Below are positions 27,516 through 41,333 of a stretch of 53,485 nt of DNA, one piece after another (the stretch's first letter is position 1; each line of letters begins with the position of its first letter). The notes under the pieces are model-generated. The model was not told the DNA's origin. It searched no databases and saw nothing but the letters and a program-made list of their open reading frames with translations. Origin of the DNA: Actinomycetota bacterium (GTDB lineage: Bacteria > Actinomycetota > Actinomycetes > S36-B12); the NCBI GenBank assembly GCA_046091195.1, contig JBJTBD010000054.1:1-53485 (forward strand), written 5' to 3'. A program made the translations under genes and the position numbers.

Positions 27516-27902
27516 TCAGGCTCCGACGTCCGTCCTCGTCCGCGGGTTCCGCAGCCGGGGCGGCAGCGTGGCCAGGGCGGAGCCGATGATCACCGTGGCG
27601 AACAGGTAGACCATCTGCCGCGCACCGGATGAGATTGCGATATCCCCCGACGGTGACTCCGCGGCCAGGGCGAGGCTCGCGCCGAGCCAGCCGAGAATCA
27701 CACCCCACCCGGCCCAGCGGGTTCCCGTTCCGTCCACGGCGCCGCGGATCACAATCAACGTCCCGATGCTGGCAACGATCGCACCCCAGGGGATCGCCAC
27801 GCCCCATCCTTCGAAGACGATCCGCTGCGCCTGCAGGAACGCGCCGACGAGACCAAGGAGTGCGCCCACGAAGACTCCAAGAAGCGCGGAGGCGGATCTC
27901 AC
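27516..27902 (-). CDS. DUF6113-like membrane protein
   Basis: 4 TM segments, SGD.AI motif, coupled to the mshB stop. Confidence 0.65.
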   Translation of the reverse strand: MRSASALLGVFVGALLGLVGAFLQAQRIVFEGWGVAIPWGAIVASIGTLIVIRGAVDGTGTRWAGWGVILGWLGASLALAAESPSGDIAISSGARQMVYLFATVIIGSALATLPPRLRNPRTRTDVGA

Positions 27903-28795
27903 GCGGTGCTGATCCCCGCGAACAGATCGGTCTCCGGATTCGCAAGGGAGTAGCTGCCGCCATCGCCACCGCGCACGAGTCGGAAGTACTCGACACCGAA
28001 CCCCTTCGAGCCGAGGTTGTTGGACAGCGCGAAGAAGCCTTCCTGGACATTGACCTGCGTCGCATGGGCAGCGAGAGCCGCCATCTTGCGAGGCAACTTG
28101 TCGCGTCCGTCAATCATCGTTGTGACGACATCGTCAGGGCACGCGAAGTCGATGTCCTCGGGATCCATCGCGGTGAACTCGTCATCCATCCCCAGAGCCT
28201 TGAGTTCCTCAATTCCCGCGAGGATGACACTGCGCGGCATCGCGGTCCAGTAGAGCTTGTCCACCGACCACGCGGGTCCGAGATCGGGTCGGAAGGTGGG
28301 ACTCTCCGCGAGGCTCACCGCATAGTGAGTGACCCGGTGCGCCTGGATGTGATCCGGGTGGCCGTAGAGGCCGAAATCGTCATAGGTCACGGCCACCTGC
28401 GGGCGGATCTCGCGGATGATCCCCACGAGTTCCGTTGCTGCGTCGAGCAGGTCGGCGCGCCAGAAGGCCTTGGGGTTGTCGTTCGAAGGAGTGCCGACCA
28501 TTCCCGAGTCTCGGAAACGACCGATTCCCCCGAGGATGCGGAAGTCGCTCACCCCCAACTCGCCCATCGCCGCGGTCAATTCCTGAATCCGATGCTCTCC
28601 GAGCCGGTCCTCCTGATCCGCCGCCAGGTGGGACAGTTCCGGTGTCAGGATCTCGCCTTCCTCGCCCAAGGTGCAGGTCACGAGCGTGACCTGGGCACCC
28701 TCGTCGACGTACTTGGCCATCGTCACGCCCGTCCCGATGCTCTCGTCGTCGGGATGCGCATGGACGATGAGAAGGCGGCGATCGGAGGACGTCAC
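27899..28795 (-). CDS. mshB: GlcNAc-Ins deacetylase (mycothiol biosynthesis)
   Basis: HAHPDDE, CTLGEEGE, RDSGM, YGHPDHIQAH, AHATQ, FALSN. Confidence 0.92.
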   Translation of the reverse strand: MTSSDRRLLIVHAHPDDESIGTGVTMAKYVDEGAQVTLVTCTLGEEGEILTPELSHLAADQEDRLGEHRIQELTAAMGELGVSDFRILGGIGRFRDSGMVGTPSNDNPKAFWRADLLDAATELVGIIREIRPQVAVTYDDFGLYGHPDHIQAHRVTHYAVSLAESPTFRPDLGPAWSVDKLYWTAMPRSVILAGIEELKALGMDDEFTAMDPEDIDFACPDDVVTTMIDGRDKLPRKMAALAAHATQVNVQEGFFALSNNLGSKGFGVEYFRLVRGGDGGSYSLANPETDLFAGISTA

Positions 28796-28826
28796 GGCAG
28801 CAGACTAGATGCGGCAGCATGGGCGC

Positions 28827-30884
28827 GTGGAGACCTACCCGAGACAGAAGGCGCTGACGCGCAACTTCCGACTGGGGATTCCTCGCTCGTTCCGCGTCGC
28901 TGCGGATCGGGTGATCTTCGTCCGCAGTGCCGGGTCGCGTGTCCCCGCGGGTGATCTGTGGGTGATGCGTGAGTCGGATGGGTGGCGCGAGGAGCGCCTG
29001 GTCGACAGCGCGGCGCTGGCTGCGACGACCCAGGGTATGGATCCCCGTGAGGCAGCACGCCGGGAACGTCTTCGGGAAGTGACGACCGGCATCACCGACT
29101 TCTCATCCGATGTGGGCGCACACATGGTGGCGTTCGCCCTCGATGGATCCCTCTACCGAGTCGACACCACCACCGGGCACGTCCACCATGTGGCGCACGA
29201 GGGTGCGGTGATCGACCCGCGCATATCCCCCGACGGCTCGTGGATCGCCTTCGTCTCCGGCAACGCATTGCACCTGTCCAACGGAACGTGCCTCGCCGAA
29301 CCGGAATCGGAGACTGTCACCTACGGACTCGCCGACTTCATCGCCGCCGAGGAACTCGATCGCCATCGCGGCACGTGGTGGTTCTCCGACTCGACCACGC
29401 TGTTGGTTGAGCGCAGTGATGAGGCACCTGTACCGATTCGGTGGATCGGGGATCCCGCGCAACCCGAGCGTGATCCACTTCCGCACCGCTACCCCCAGGC
29501 GGGGTGTGCGAACCCCCAGGTCAGCCTGCACGTGATCACCCTCGACGGTCAGCGCACCGAGGTGCCATGGGATCACGATGCGTTCCCATATCTCGCCAGC
29601 GTGCACCCGACGGAGAAGGCGACCGCCATCGTGAGCCTGCTCTCCCGGGACCAGCGAACGCAACTGATTCTCTCCGTGGACACGCAGGGACGTGTCGTGG
29701 AGCGCGGCCGCCGGACGAGTGAACCCTGGGTCACGCTGATTCCCGGCGTTCCACGCGAGGATTGTGACGCCGGCCTGCTCGAAGTGCTCCCAGGTGACGG
29801 CGCGTTCCGACTATGCCGGGATGGCACACCACTCACCCCCGTGGATATTCAGGTCGACTCACTCCAGTGCGCGGACGACGGCGGCTACGTGGTTGGTGCG
29901 CACCCGGCATCCACGACCCGCGCGGTGGCACACATCACTCCCGGTGGCCATCTCACCTGGCTGACTCCCACGGACGGATGGTGCGCCGCCGTCACGAGTG
30001 GCAGCGCAGCGCTCCCGCGGGTCACCGTGAGCGCGACGCTCGGTGAGACCCGTTCCCAGGCGCGCCTCTTGGTGGAGGGCGGCGGGCATCCGATCACCTC
30101 GCACGCCGAGCAGCCGCGTGTGACACCCGCCGTGCACATGCATGTTCCCGAGGACTCCCGGATCCGCTGCGCCGTACTCCTGCCCCGCGATCACGTCGCG
30201 GGGATGCGCGTGCCGGTCATCTGCTCGCCCTACGGCGGCCCGCATGCGCAACGCGTGGTTCGTAACGGAGCAGCCTTCCTCACCGAACAGTGGCTTGCGG
30301 ATCAGGGGTTCGCGGTGGTGGTGGTGGACGGCCGCGGGACACCGGGCCTGGGACCGGAGTGGGAACACGCGGTGGCCGGGGATCTGGCCACGGGGGTACT
30401 CGCCGACCAGGTCGCCGGCCTGGAATCCGTTCTCACCGCATTCCCGGATCTCGATGGCAGTCGCGTGGGCATCCGGGGCTGGTCCTTCGGGGGGTATCTG
30501 GCAGCGCTCGCGGTGATCGATCGTCCCGACATCTTCCACGCTGCTGTCGCGGGTGCCCCGGTGACGGACTGGCGGCTCTACGACACCGCCTACACGGAGC
30601 GCTACCTCGGACTCCCCCAGGAGAACGAAGGTGCGTACGACTCCACGTCCCTGCTGACGCGCGCACATCACCTCACCCGCCCACTCCTCCTCATCCACGG
30701 ACTGGCGGATGACAACGTCCTCGCCGCTCACACTCTGCAGTTGTCGAGTGCGCTGCGGGCCGCTGGTCGGACCCACTCGGTGCTCCCACTCTCCGGTGTC
30801 ACGCATATGACGCCGCAGGAGATCGTTGCGGAGAACCTGCTGCTCACCGAGGTGGAGTTCTTCCGAACCCACTTAGGCGATTAG
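28827..30884 (+). CDS. S9 family (dipeptidyl peptidase IV-like) peptidase
   Basis: [24 protein letters not shown]. Confidence 0.9.
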   Translation: METYPRQKALTRNFRLGIPRSFRVAADRVIFVRSAGSRVPAGDLWVMRESDGWREERLVDSAALAATTQGMDPREAARRERLREVTTGITDFSSDVGAHMVAFALDGSLYRVDTTTGHVHHVAHEGAVIDPRISPDGSWIAFVSGNALHLSNGTCLAEPESETVTYGLADFIAAEELDRHRGTWWFSDSTTLLVERSDEAPVPIRWIGDPAQPERDPLPHRYPQAGCANPQVSLHVITLDGQRTEVPWDHDAFPYLASVHPTEKATAIVSLLSRDQRTQLILSVDTQGRVVERGRRTSEPWVTLIPGVPREDCDAGLLEVLPGDGAFRLCRDGTPLTPVDIQVDSLQCADDGGYVVGAHPASTTRAVAHITPGGHLTWLTPTDGWCAAVTSGSAALPRVTVSATLGETRSQARLLVEGGGHPITSHAEQPRVTPAVHMHVPEDSRIRCAVLLPRDHVAGMRVPVICSPYGGPHAQRVVRNGAAFLTEQWLADQGFAVVVVDGRGTPGLGPEWEHAVAGDLATGVLADQVAGLESVLTAFPDLDGSRVGIRGWSFGGYLAALAVIDRPDIFHAAVAGAPVTDWRLYDTAYTERYLGLPQENEGAYDSTSLLTRAHHLTRPLLLIHGLADDNVLAAHTLQLSSALRAAGRTHSVLPLSGVTHMTPQEIVAENLLLTEVEFFRTHLGD

Positions 30885-32743
30885 GACTTCCGTCCCCGCG
30901 ATGCTTTGACGCGATCCGTCGCGGTCAGGATCACCTTGCGCAAACGCACAGCCGAGGGAGTTACTTCTACGCACTCATCCTCGCGACAGAACTCCAGGGC
31001 CTGCTCCAGAGAGAGCTGCTTGTGTGGGATCAAGGGAACCAGGACATCACCGGTGGAGGCGCGCATGTTCGTCAGCTTCTTCTCCTTCGTGGGATTGACG
31101 TCCATATCGTCCGCGCGCGAGTTCTCGCCGACGATCATCCCTTCGTACACCTCGGTGCCCGGACCGACGAACATGGTGCCGCGCTCCTGCAGGTTGGCGA
31201 GCGCGAAGCCCGTGGTCTGTCCCGTGCGATCCGCAACCAGGGAACCTGTGGGCCGCGTACGCAGCTCACCGTGCCAGGGTTCGTACCTATCGAAGACGTG
31301 GTGCAGCAGCCCCGTTCCTCGAGTTTCGGTCAGAAACTCGGTGCGGAAGCCGATCAGTCCGCGGGCTGGCACCAGATACTCCATCCGCACCCAGCCGGTG
31401 CCGTGGTTGACCATCTGCTCCATCCGCCCCTTGCGCAGCGCCATCAGCTGCGTCACCACTCCCAGGTAGTCCTCGGGAATGTCCACGCTCAGGCGCTCGA
31501 TCGGCTCACGGACCTTGCCGTCGATCATCCGCGTGACCACCTGTGGCTTACCCACGGTGAGCTCGAATCCCTCGCGCTTCATCAACTCCACCAAGATGGC
31601 CAACTGCAACTCACCGCGACCCTGCACCTCCCAGGTGTCCGGGCGCTCGGTGGGAACGACGCGAATGGACACATTGCCGACGATCTCGGCCTCCAGGCGC
31701 GACTTGACCATGGACGCGGTCAGTTTGCTTCCACCACTACGTCCGGCAAGCGGTGACGTGTTGATGCCGATTGTCATCGAGATCGACGGTTCGTCCACAG
31801 AGATCACGGGCAGCGCGATCGGGTTCTCCACATCGGCCAAGGTGTCCCCGATGGTGATCTCGGGGATGCCCGCGACCGCGATGATGTCGCCCGGGCCTGC
31901 AGATTCTGCGGGAACGCGATCGAGTGCCTCGGTCATCAGCAACTCGACGACTTTGACCCGGTCCACGCGCCCGTCACTACGCATCCACGCCACCTGCTGG
32001 CCCTTGCGGATCGTCCCCTCGTGCACCCGACACAGCGCCAGGCGGCCTAGGTAGGGGGACGCATCCAGGTTCGTCACGTGCGCCTGCAGCGGAGCCCCTT
32101 CCACGAACTCCGGGGCCGGGATGGTGTCGAGCAAGGTGCGGAAGAGGGGCTCCAGATTCTCTTCGGCGGGCATACCTCCATCGGCCGGCTTCTCCAAGGA
32201 GGCACGTCCCGCCTTTGCGGATGCATAGACGATCGGGAAATCGATCTGGGATTCGTCGGCGTCGAGATCCAGGAAGAGCTCGTACGTCTCATCGACCACG
32301 GCGCTGATGCGGGCATCGGAACGATCCACCTTGTTGATCACGCGCACGACGGGAAGGCGCTTCGCCAATGCTTTGCGCAAGACGAAACGAGTTTGCGGCA
32401 AGGGTCCCTCGGACGCGTCGACCAGGAGAACGACTCCGTCGACCATCTCGAGTCCACGCTCCACCTCGCCACCGAAATCCGCGTGACCCGGTGTGTCGAT
32501 GATGTTGAACGTCACCCCGCCCTCGGGTGCGGATGGTCCGACATAGTGCACCGAGGTGTTCTTGGCCAGGATCGTGATGCCCTTCTCACGCTCCAGGTCC
32601 ATCGAGTCCATCACGCGCTCGGCGACGTCCTGGTTCTCCCGGAAGGCACCGGACTGCCACAGCATCGCGTCGACGAGGGTCGTCTTCCCATGATCGACGT
32701 GCGCGACGATGGCGAAATTGCGGAGATCAGAACGGGTGGGCAC
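30881..32743 (-). CDS. typA: Translational GTPase TypA/BipA
   Basis: [37 protein letters not shown]. Confidence 0.96.
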   Translation of the reverse strand: MPTRSDLRNFAIVAHVDHGKTTLVDAMLWQSGAFRENQDVAERVMDSMDLEREKGITILAKNTSVHYVGPSAPEGGVTFNIIDTPGHADFGGEVERGLEMVDGVVLLVDASEGPLPQTRFVLRKALAKRLPVVRVINKVDRSDARISAVVDETYELFLDLDADESQIDFPIVYASAKAGRASLEKPADGGMPAEENLEPLFRTLLDTIPAPEFVEGAPLQAHVTNLDASPYLGRLALCRVHEGTIRKGQQVAWMRSDGRVDRVKVVELLMTEALDRVPAESAGPGDIIAVAGIPEITIGDTLADVENPIALPVISVDEPSISMTIGINTSPLAGRSGGSKLTASMVKSRLEAEIVGNVSIRVVPTERPDTWEVQGRGELQLAILVELMKREGFELTVGKPQVVTRMIDGKVREPIERLSVDIPEDYLGVVTQLMALRKGRMEQMVNHGTGWVRMEYLVPARGLIGFRTEFLTETRGTGLLHHVFDRYEPWHGELRTRPTGSLVADRTGQTTGFALANLQERGTMFVGPGTEVYEGMIVGENSRADDMDVNPTKEKKLTNMRASTGDVLVPLIPHKQLSLEQALEFCREDECVEVTPSAVRLRKVILTATDRVKASRGRKS

Positions 32744-32752
32744 CGCCTGACC

Positions 32753-33130
32753 CTATGTCCTGGAGGTAGGAATCCCCGAATCCCGCCAGGCGGCCACAGC
32801 CCGGTCACCATCACCTGCGCGCACCAGGATGTAGTCCGTGTCAAAAGTCGATATCGCAAAGACACTGATGTCAGCCTCGGCAAGAGGTCCCACAAGGCGA
32901 TGCAGTACCCCGGTAAGTGTGAAGTCGAGTGTTCCCGCAACGCGGAAGATGACCCATGGCCCCTCCACGCGGGCATCCGGGAGCGCTCGCGCACTCACGA
33001 CACTGACCTCGTCACCCGTCCGTGTCACGCTCCAGAAGAGCTCGCCGTTCGACTCAGGAACCTCCGCACGCGAGTCCAGGCGACTGACGTAATACTCACC
33101 CGGGACGTGCAGTAGTTCGATTTCCTGCAT
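32753..33130 (-). CDS. ACT domain protein (ACT_7/CASTOR-like)
   Basis: SVTRT.DEVSVV, LDF.LTGVL, ISVFAISTFDTDYILV; start ATG 33130. Confidence 0.85.
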   Translation of the reverse strand: MQEIELLHVPGEYYVSRLDSRAEVPESNGELFWSVTRTGDEVSVVSARALPDARVEGPWVIFRVAGTLDFTLTGVLHRLVGPLAEADISVFAISTFDTDYILVRAGDGDRAVAAWRDSGIPTSRT

Positions 33131-33187
33131 GGAATCACTCTTGCATGCGGACGGCACCAGAGTGCGGGGACGTGGCATCCTCAGGGC

Positions 33188-33604
33188 GTGCTGCGCACCA
33201 TCGGTCGGATCATCCTGGGAGCCATCCTCTGTGGCGCAGGGATCGGACATTTCACAAACGCCGAGGCGTTCCTCGCCCAAGTTCCACCGTGGATGCCAGC
33301 ACCCGAAGCAGTGGTGTCCATCTCTGGGGTGGTCGAACTCATCCTGGGTGTCGCGCTCCTCGTGAGCCCGCAGCACTATCGGTACGCGATCGGCTGGATC
33401 GTGGCAACGTTCTTCGTGGTGATCTTCCCGGGCAACATCTCTCAGTTCATCACCGGGACGGATGCCTTCGGACTCGATTCGGACGCTTCACGGCTCGTGC
33501 GGCTCCTCTTCCAGCCCCTGCTCGTGGTGTGGGCCTTGTGGTGTACCTCTGCGTGGTCACACTGGCGAGCTCGACGCACAGAGGATTCCGGTGGGTCGCG
33601 ATAG
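33188..33604 (+). CDS. DoxX-like membrane protein
   Basis: GIGHF, VPPW.P, SG..E, FPGNI, RLLFQP. Confidence 0.8.
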   Translation: MLRTIGRIILGAILCGAGIGHFTNAEAFLAQVPPWMPAPEAVVSISGVVELILGVALLVSPQHYRYAIGWIVATFFVVIFPGNISQFITGTDAFGLDSDASRLVRLLFQPLLVVWALWCTSAWSHWRARRTEDSGGSR

Positions 33605-33645
33605 TTCTCCGTTCCGCAGATAGCTTCGGTTACTACCGTGGGCGG

Positions 33646-33840
33646 GTGAGCAATCCGACCCCGCTGCCGAAGATCGGTGCTCCGGCCACCCGCGCGCTGC
33701 GGTCCGCTGGCTATCTCTGCCAGGAAGATCTCCACGGCGCCAGCCGAACGGTGCTCCTCACACTCCACGGCGTGGGTCCACGCGCCATCCAGCTGCTCGA
33801 AGAGGCGATGGCCGCGAACGCGATGTCGCTCGCGGACTAG
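33646..33840 (+). CDS. Small helix-hairpin-helix / RNAP alpha-CTD-like DNA-binding protein
   Basis: IGAPATRAL..AG.....L......LL.LHGVGP.A; TACCGT-N6-GTG start. Confidence 0.75.
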   Translation: MSNPTPLPKIGAPATRALRSAGYLCQEDLHGASRTVLLTLHGVGPRAIQLLEEAMAANAMSLAD

Positions 33841-34910
33841 ACGTTGAAGCGGAACTCCACCACGTCACCGTCGGACATGACGTAGTCCTTGCCCTCCATG
33901 CGGACCTTGCCACGTGCCTTGGCCTCCGCCATCGAGCCAGCGTCGACGAGGTCGGTGAAGGAGACGATCTCCGCCTTGATGAAGCCCTTCTGAAAGTCGG
34001 TGTGGATCACGCCGGCGGCTTCGGGCGCCGTGTCGCCCTTGTGGATGGTCCAGGCGCGCGCTTCCTTCGGACCAGCCGTCAAGTAGGTCTGCAGCCCGAG
34101 GGTGTCGAACCCGACCCGGGCCAGGGCGTGCAGTCCGGACTCCGCCTGGCCGACGGACTGCAGTAACTCGAGTGCTTCCGCATCGTCGAGTTCCGACAGT
34201 TCCGCCTCGAGTTTGGCGCTGAGGAAGACAGCCTCCGCGGGAGCCACGAGATCGCGCATCCGTGTCTTGAAGGCCTCATCGACGAGTTCGTTCTCATCTG
34301 CGTTGATTACGTAGAGGAACGGCCTGGCCGTGAGGAGAAACAGCTCGCGGATGGGCGCGGTATCGAATCCGGATGCAAAGAGCGTGGTGCCTCCATTGAG
34401 GATTTCCTGCGCGCGCTCGGCAGCCTCCAGAACGGGTACCTTGCTCTTGTCGTTGCGTGCTTCCTTCTGAAGCCGCGGAATCGCCTTGTCGAGGGTCTGC
34501 ATGTCGGCGAGGATCAACTCGGTGTTGATCGTCTCCATGTCCTCGGCTGGCGAGACGCGCCCCTCGACGTGCACGACGTCGTCGTCGGTGAAGGCACGCA
34601 GCACTTGGCAGATCGCATCGGACTCACGGATGTTGGCCAAGAACTTGTTTCCCAGCCCAGCCCCCTCAGACGCGCCTTTGACGATGCCCGCGATATCCAC
34701 GAAGGTCACGGTCGCCGGGACCACCCGCTCGGAGTGGAACATCTCGGCAAGGGTGTCGAGTCGAGGATCAGGCACCCCGACGACTCCAGTGTTGGGCTCG
34801 ATCGTGGCGAACGGGTAGTTCGCGGCGAGGACGTCGTTCTTGGTCAGCACGTTGAACAGAGTGGACTTGCCGACATTGGGGAGGCCGACGATCCCGAGGG
34901 TGAGACTCAC
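33837..34910 (-). CDS. ychF: Ribosome-binding ATPase YchF
   Basis: GLPNVGKST, NYPFATIEPN, DIAG, GK.Y.M.DGDVVEFRFNV. Confidence 0.95.
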   Translation of the reverse strand: MSLTLGIVGLPNVGKSTLFNVLTKNDVLAANYPFATIEPNTGVVGVPDPRLDTLAEMFHSERVVPATVTFVDIAGIVKGASEGAGLGNKFLANIRESDAICQVLRAFTDDDVVHVEGRVSPAEDMETINTELILADMQTLDKAIPRLQKEARNDKSKVPVLEAAERAQEILNGGTTLFASGFDTAPIRELFLLTARPFLYVINADENELVDEAFKTRMRDLVAPAEAVFLSAKLEAELSELDDAEALELLQSVGQAESGLHALARVGFDTLGLQTYLTAGPKEARAWTIHKGDTAPEAAGVIHTDFQKGFIKAEIVSFTDLVDAGSMAEAKARGKVRMEGKDYVMSDGDVVEFRFNV

Positions 34911-34962
34911 GACGCACGATCCTATGGGCCGAATCTGCGCATACGGCAGTAGCGTGTGCAGC

Positions 34963-35697
34963 GTGAGCACGCAAGACCCGGATCCTTACGCCCGGCTCTT
35001 CCGTGACGACCCTCCCGCTCCGGTGGTCGACGACGGCGTTATCCAGGAAGTCGTGGTCCAGGAGATCGTGGAGATCGAGCAACCTGACGAGCCGGTCCGC
35101 GCAGCGGATGACGAATCCGGCCGCTTGTTCCGCTCCGCCGGAGCCGCGGCCCTCCCCGAGGCGATCCCCGCACTCACCTCCAGTCAAGCGAGTCGCCTCC
35201 GCACAGTCCGCGACCGCGACCAGGACGCCATGCGCGTGGAAGCGATCCGACCTGACCCGATCCCCGTGGCCGTCGTTGCCGAACCGACGCGGGAGTACGC
35301 GCCGCGGGAACCGGACGTGGAGACCGGACGCGAGGGCCGCATTACCGCCGTCGGCGTCTACGTCGGCGTCATCGGATTGACCACGCTCATCGCCTTTGGT
35401 GAGGTGCTGATTTTCGGCGACCAGCCGAACTGGATCACCGGAGTGGCACTCGTGGCGGTGTCTGTTGCAGCGGCCCTCGGCGTTCGACGCCGCGATGATT
35501 TCACGGCAGTGTTCGCGCCACCTCTTGCATTTCTCGTCGTGGCGCTCACCGCGGGGCAGCTCAACAACGTGGGAACGACCATGACGTCCCGCGCGGTCGC
35601 AGCCTTCTTCGTGCTGGGCTACAACTGGATGTGGATCGTGGGGGCGACCCTGGCCGCGCTCGTGATTGTCGTACTACGCCGGAGACGTACGGGCTGA
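34963..35697 (+). CDS. DUF6542-like membrane protein
   Basis: Disordered N-terminus, C-terminal TMs with VRRRD.FTA...PPL; between ychF and ispH. Confidence 0.65.
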   Translation: MSTQDPDPYARLFRDDPPAPVVDDGVIQEVVVQEIVEIEQPDEPVRAADDESGRLFRSAGAAALPEAIPALTSSQASRLRTVRDRDQDAMRVEAIRPDPIPVAVVAEPTREYAPREPDVETGREGRITAVGVYVGVIGLTTLIAFGEVLIFGDQPNWITGVALVAVSVAAALGVRRRDDFTAVFAPPLAFLVVALTAGQLNNVGTTMTSRAVAAFFVLGYNWMWIVGATLAALVIVVLRRRRTG

Positions 35698-36645
35698 CGC
35701 CTTCATGTCTCGCCGCAACTCGGGCGGTAACGCGAAGATCAGGGATTCCTCCGCGGTGGTGACCTCTTCGACATCCCCGAACCCATGCGAGCGGAGGAAC
35801 GCGATCACCTCATCGACCAGGATCTCCGGCACCGAGGCGCCACTCGTGAGACCCACGGTGGACACGCCATCCAGCCAGCGTTCATCGATCTCACCCGCAT
35901 GGTCCACGCGATACGCGGCACCCGCTCCGGATTCAAGTGCGACCTCGACGAGACGGACGGAGTTCGACGAGTTCCCCGACCCGACGACGATGACGACGTC
36001 ACTCTGCGGGGCGATGGCCTTGATCGCGCTCTGTCGATTCTGGGTGGCGTAGCAGATGTCATCACTCGGGGGGCTTTGCAAGCCCGGGAATCGCTCGGAC
36101 AGCGCATCAACGGTCTCCAGGGTCTCATTCACGGAGAGGGTCGTCTGAGAGAGCCACACCAACTTGTCGGAGTTCTCGATCTCGATTTCACGCGCGGCCT
36201 GCGGATTGTCGATGAGCGTCATCGCCTCAGGCGCTTCGCCCATGGTCCCCACGACTTCCTCGTGCCCTTCGTGGCCGATGAGCAGGATCTGGTAGCCCTC
36301 CGCGGCGACTCGCTTCGCCTCCGCATGGACCTTCGTGACCAGAGGGCAGGTGGCGTCGATGGTCTTCAGGTTCCGATCCGCAGCCTCCGCATGCACCACG
36401 GGGGCAACGCCATGCGCCGAGAACACCACCGTCGCACCCTCGGGAACCTCCGCGACTTCATCGACGAAGATTGCGCCGCGCTTCTCCAACGTCGAGACGA
36501 CGTGCTTGTTGTGGACGATCTGCTTGCGCACGTAGACGGGTGGCCCGTACAACTCGAGGGCCTTCTCAACCGTGACGACGGCCCGATCGACTCCCGCGCA
36601 GTATCCGCGGGGAGCAGCGAGCAGGATGCGCTTGGTCTCGGACAC
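35674..36645 (-). CDS. ispH: 4-hydroxy-3-methylbut-2-enyl diphosphate reductase
   Basis: [32 protein letters not shown]. Confidence 0.95.
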   Translation of the reverse strand: MSETKRILLAAPRGYCAGVDRAVVTVEKALELYGPPVYVRKQIVHNKHVVSTLEKRGAIFVDEVAEVPEGATVVFSAHGVAPVVHAEAADRNLKTIDATCPLVTKVHAEAKRVAAEGYQILLIGHEGHEEVVGTMGEAPEAMTLIDNPQAAREIEIENSDKLVWLSQTTLSVNETLETVDALSERFPGLQSPPSDDICYATQNRQSAIKAIAPQSDVVIVVGSGNSSNSVRLVEVALESGAGAAYRVDHAGEIDERWLDGVSTVGLTSGASVPEILVDEVIAFLRSHGFGDVEEVTTAEESLIFALPPELRRDMKASARTSPA

Positions 36646-36692
36646 TCATTCATCGTAGGCGCACCACGGCACGTGCGCTTAGATGCGGGTCC

Positions 36693-37841
36693 ATGGCCCT
36701 GGATTCGAGCGCGGACGCGCCCGTTCCCGTCCGCACGGTCTCCCGGCTCATCGGCGAGTGGGTCGGTCAACTCGGCGCGGTCTGGATGGAAGGCCAGGTG
36801 GCCCAATTCCGCCAAAGGCCAGGAGCCCGCAACCAATTCCTCGTGCTCCGCGACACCGATGCCGAGGTCTCGCTAACGATCGTCGCCGACGCGCAACTCG
36901 TCGGCTCCGTGGAACCACCGCTCACCGAAGGACAACGGGTCGTCATCTGGGCCCGCCCCGAGTTCTGGTCTGGCCAGGGATCCCTCCAGTTACGCGCGCG
37001 AGATATCCGCCCGGTCGGCATCGGGGACCTGCTCGCATCCATCGAACGGCTCAAGGCACTGCTCGCCGCCGAGGGGCTCTTCGCCCTGGAACGCAAGGTG
37101 CCCCTCCCCTTCCTCCCGCACACGATCGGCCTGATCTGCGGTCGCGCCAGCGCCGCGATGACCGACGTTCTCGTCAATGTCGAGGATCGATGGCCCGGGA
37201 CCCGGTTCGAGGTCCGCGAAGTCGCGGTGCAGGGCGTCAATGCCGTTCCCGAGATCACTGCGGCGCTTGCCGAGCTCGACGCTGACCCCCATGTCGACGT
37301 GCTCGTGCTCGCGCGCGGGGGCGGAAGCGTGGAGGACCTGCTCCCCTTCAGCAATGAGACCCTGGTGCGAGCGGTCGCGACGGCACGCACTCCGGTGGTC
37401 AGTGCCATCGGGCACGAACAGGACTCCCCACTCCTCGACTACGTCGCGGATCTTCGGGCCTCGACTCCCACGGATGCGGCGAAGCGGATCGTGCCGTCGT
37501 GGGCGGAGGAGAGCGCATTGATTACCAGACTGCGCGACCGTGCACGCCGGACCCTGCTCACCGCGATTGAACGCGCGATCGATTCGATCGCCGATCTGCG
37601 TCGGCGATCCCTCTCGCGCATCACCCGGCAGTGGGAAGCAGCAACTGCGGATATCGACCACCTCAGCGCCCGACTCCGCGCCCTATCCCCGGCGAGCACG
37701 CTCGACCGTGGCTATGCCATCGTCACCGTCGACGATGGGACGATCGTGCGCGACGAACGGGATGTCGCGGCAGGTGATGTGATGACGATCCGGGTCGCAC
37801 GCGGATCGCTGACGGCACGACGGGAGGCTGATGATGGCTGA
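36693..37841 (+). CDS. xseA: Exodeoxyribonuclease VII large subunit
   Basis: OB-fold N-terminus, RGGGS.EDL..F, SAIGHE.D, STPT.A. Confidence 0.93.
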   Translation: MALDSSADAPVPVRTVSRLIGEWVGQLGAVWMEGQVAQFRQRPGARNQFLVLRDTDAEVSLTIVADAQLVGSVEPPLTEGQRVVIWARPEFWSGQGSLQLRARDIRPVGIGDLLASIERLKALLAAEGLFALERKVPLPFLPHTIGLICGRASAAMTDVLVNVEDRWPGTRFEVREVAVQGVNAVPEITAALAELDADPHVDVLVLARGGGSVEDLLPFSNETLVRAVATARTPVVSAIGHEQDSPLLDYVADLRASTPTDAAKRIVPSWAEESALITRLRDRARRTLLTAIERAIDSIADLRRRSLSRITRQWEAATADIDHLSARLRALSPASTLDRGYAIVTVDDGTIVRDERDVAAGDVMTIRVARGSLTARREADDG

Positions 37842-38010
37842 CATGAGTTACGAGGCCGCGCGTGCCGAGCTCGCGGAAACCGTGGCTGCGCTCGAGGCCG
37901 GGGGGTTGACCCTCGAGCAGTCCCTGGCCCTCTGGGAGCGCGGCGAGCAATTGTCGGCCCTCTGCGCAACGTGGCTGGATGACGCCCGGAAGAAGCTCGA
38001 GAAGGACTAG
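37834..38010 (+). CDS. xseB: Exodeoxyribonuclease VII small subunit
   Basis: Not in the ORF track (58 aa). MADMSYEAARAEL...LE.G.LTLEQSL.LWERG; SD GGAGG. Confidence 0.9.
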   Translation: MADMSYEAARAELAETVAALEAGGLTLEQSLALWERGEQLSALCATWLDDARKKLEKD

Positions 38011-38552
38011 TCCCCCGCTCGGAGCGTGCCGGCCACCGTCAACACCTGATCGAGCAGATCGGTTCCGCTCACGATCGTCGTCACTCCGTCGTCGATTCGC
38101 ACAACCGACGTGCGCTCCGGCGCCGTGAACACCTGCCATTGCTCGCCCGCGATCATCACGCTCTCACCCGGCTGACCGCCGGCTGTCTGTTCGGCGAGGA
38201 ATGCGTCACCGACAGCACGCGACTGGGAAACCTGGAGATATTCGTCGGAGGGAGTGACATAGCCGAGGTGCCATACCCGAATCCCGTCGGACTCTTCGGT
38301 GGGCTCCCACCGCACACTGGTCGCACGCAGGTCCGGAAGCGCCGGGACCTCCACTGCGAAATCTGCCGAGGATCGGGCCGTGACGAGCGCCTGGGTGATA
38401 TCCACCGTGCGCACCGGATCCGGCTTGGGCCGCCAGGTCACGATCAGGATCGCCGCCACGACGGCGAGGACGACCACCATCGACCGGATCATGTCCCCGA
38501 CCGTTTGACGCATCGGACGCGTCCGACGCCCGGTGGGCTGGGGATCACTCAC
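38007..38552 (-). CDS. DUF4245 family protein
   Basis: DM.RSM N-terminus plus TM, ATS, WHLGY.TP; between xseB and glpX. Confidence 0.8.
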   Translation of the reverse strand: MSDPQPTGRRTRPMRQTVGDMIRSMVVVLAVVAAILIVTWRPKPDPVRTVDITQALVTARSSADFAVEVPALPDLRATSVRWEPTEESDGIRVWHLGYVTPSDEYLQVSQSRAVGDAFLAEQTAGGQPGESVMIAGEQWQVFTAPERTSVVRIDDGVTTIVSGTDLLDQVLTVAGTLRAGD

Positions 38553-38627
38553 TCCCCCATCCTCCCTCGGCTTCTCGAGCACGGCACTTCGACGTGACTC
38601 TGCCCGGAATCGCACTACGCTGGTGAT

Positions 38628-39635
38628 ATGGCCGCGCACTCCCCCGAAGTGCCGGATCGAAACCTGGCCCTTGAGCTGGTTCGCGTTACCGAAGCAGGCG
38701 CGATGGCTGCCGCCCGCTGGGTGGGCCGAGGAGACAAGAACGGTGCGGATGGCGCCGCCGTCAATGCGATGCGCATGCTGATCGGCACCGTGTCGATGAA
38801 CGGTGTTGTCGTGATCGGCGAGGGAGCGAAGGACGATGCGCCGATGCTTTTCAATGGAGAACGTGTCGGCGATGGCACCGGTGCGGATGCGGATGTTGCT
38901 GTGGATCCCATCGACGGGACCACTCTCGCGGCGAAAGGGATGCCGAATGCGCTGTCGGTGATCGCAGTCGCCGAGCGCGGCGCGATGTTCGATCCGTCCG
39001 CCGTCTTCTACATGGAGAAACTCGTGGTGGGCGCCGACTGCGCCCATGCCATCGATATCACCGCCCCGATCTCCTGGAATCTCACCAGCATTGCGAAAGC
39101 GAAAGGCGAGACGGTTGCCGATCTCACGGTGTGCATCCTCGACCGTCCGCGTCACGAGGATCTGGTCCGCGAGGTACGCGAATCCGGGGCGCGCATCAAG
39201 TTCATCACCGATGGAGACGTCGCGGGGGCGATCATGGCTGCGCGCGCGGGCACCGGCGTTGATCTGCTGGCCGGGATCGGTGGGACTCCCGAGGGGATCA
39301 TCGCGGCGTGCGCTATGGCGTGCATGGGGGGTGCGATCCAGGGGCGCCTCTGGCCTCGGGACGACGATGAACGACGCACAGCCCTCGACGCGGGCCACGA
39401 CCTCGGTCGGGTTCTCACGACAGCGGACCTGGTGACCGGGGAGAACATCTTCTTCTGCGCGACCGGGATCACCGATGGGGAACTCCTCGAAGGTGTCCGC
39501 TACACACCCGAAGGCCCCACAACCCACTCGATCGTCATGCGGGGAAAGAGCGGGACCATCCGCGAGGTCAAGAGCGAGCACCGACTGGCCAAACTCTCCC
39601 GGTACAGCTCGGTGGACTTCGGTCACGCCCGGTAG
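38628..39635 (+). CDS. glpX: Class II fructose-1,6-bisphosphatase
   Basis: [38 protein letters not shown]. Confidence 0.94.
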   Translation: MAAHSPEVPDRNLALELVRVTEAGAMAAARWVGRGDKNGADGAAVNAMRMLIGTVSMNGVVVIGEGAKDDAPMLFNGERVGDGTGADADVAVDPIDGTTLAAKGMPNALSVIAVAERGAMFDPSAVFYMEKLVVGADCAHAIDITAPISWNLTSIAKAKGETVADLTVCILDRPRHEDLVREVRESGARIKFITDGDVAGAIMAARAGTGVDLLAGIGGTPEGIIAACAMACMGGAIQGRLWPRDDDERRTALDAGHDLGRVLTTADLVTGENIFFCATGITDGELLEGVRYTPEGPTTHSIVMRGKSGTIREVKSEHRLAKLSRYSSVDFGHAR

Positions 39636-39671
39636 TCGGATCGACCCCGGACGCGGGTCTACCCTGAGGTT

Positions 39672-41329
<1,658 letters not shown>

Positions 41330-41333
<4 letters not shown>

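Noticed and set aside
27629-28954. Long antisense or alternative-frame ORFs (also 43414-44754, 48642-50024, 19150-20271, 35785-36876, 47179-48330, and the N-terminal part of 38007-39626)
   Set aside because: They are shadows of well-supported genes on the opposite strand, expected in high-GC DNA, and show no recognisable motifs.
28827-30884. S9 peptidase as the borosin maturation or macrocyclising protease (by analogy to OphP)
   Set aside because: It is about 20 kb away, DPP-IV-like, and in its usual position beside mshB; nothing in the sequence links it to the cassette.
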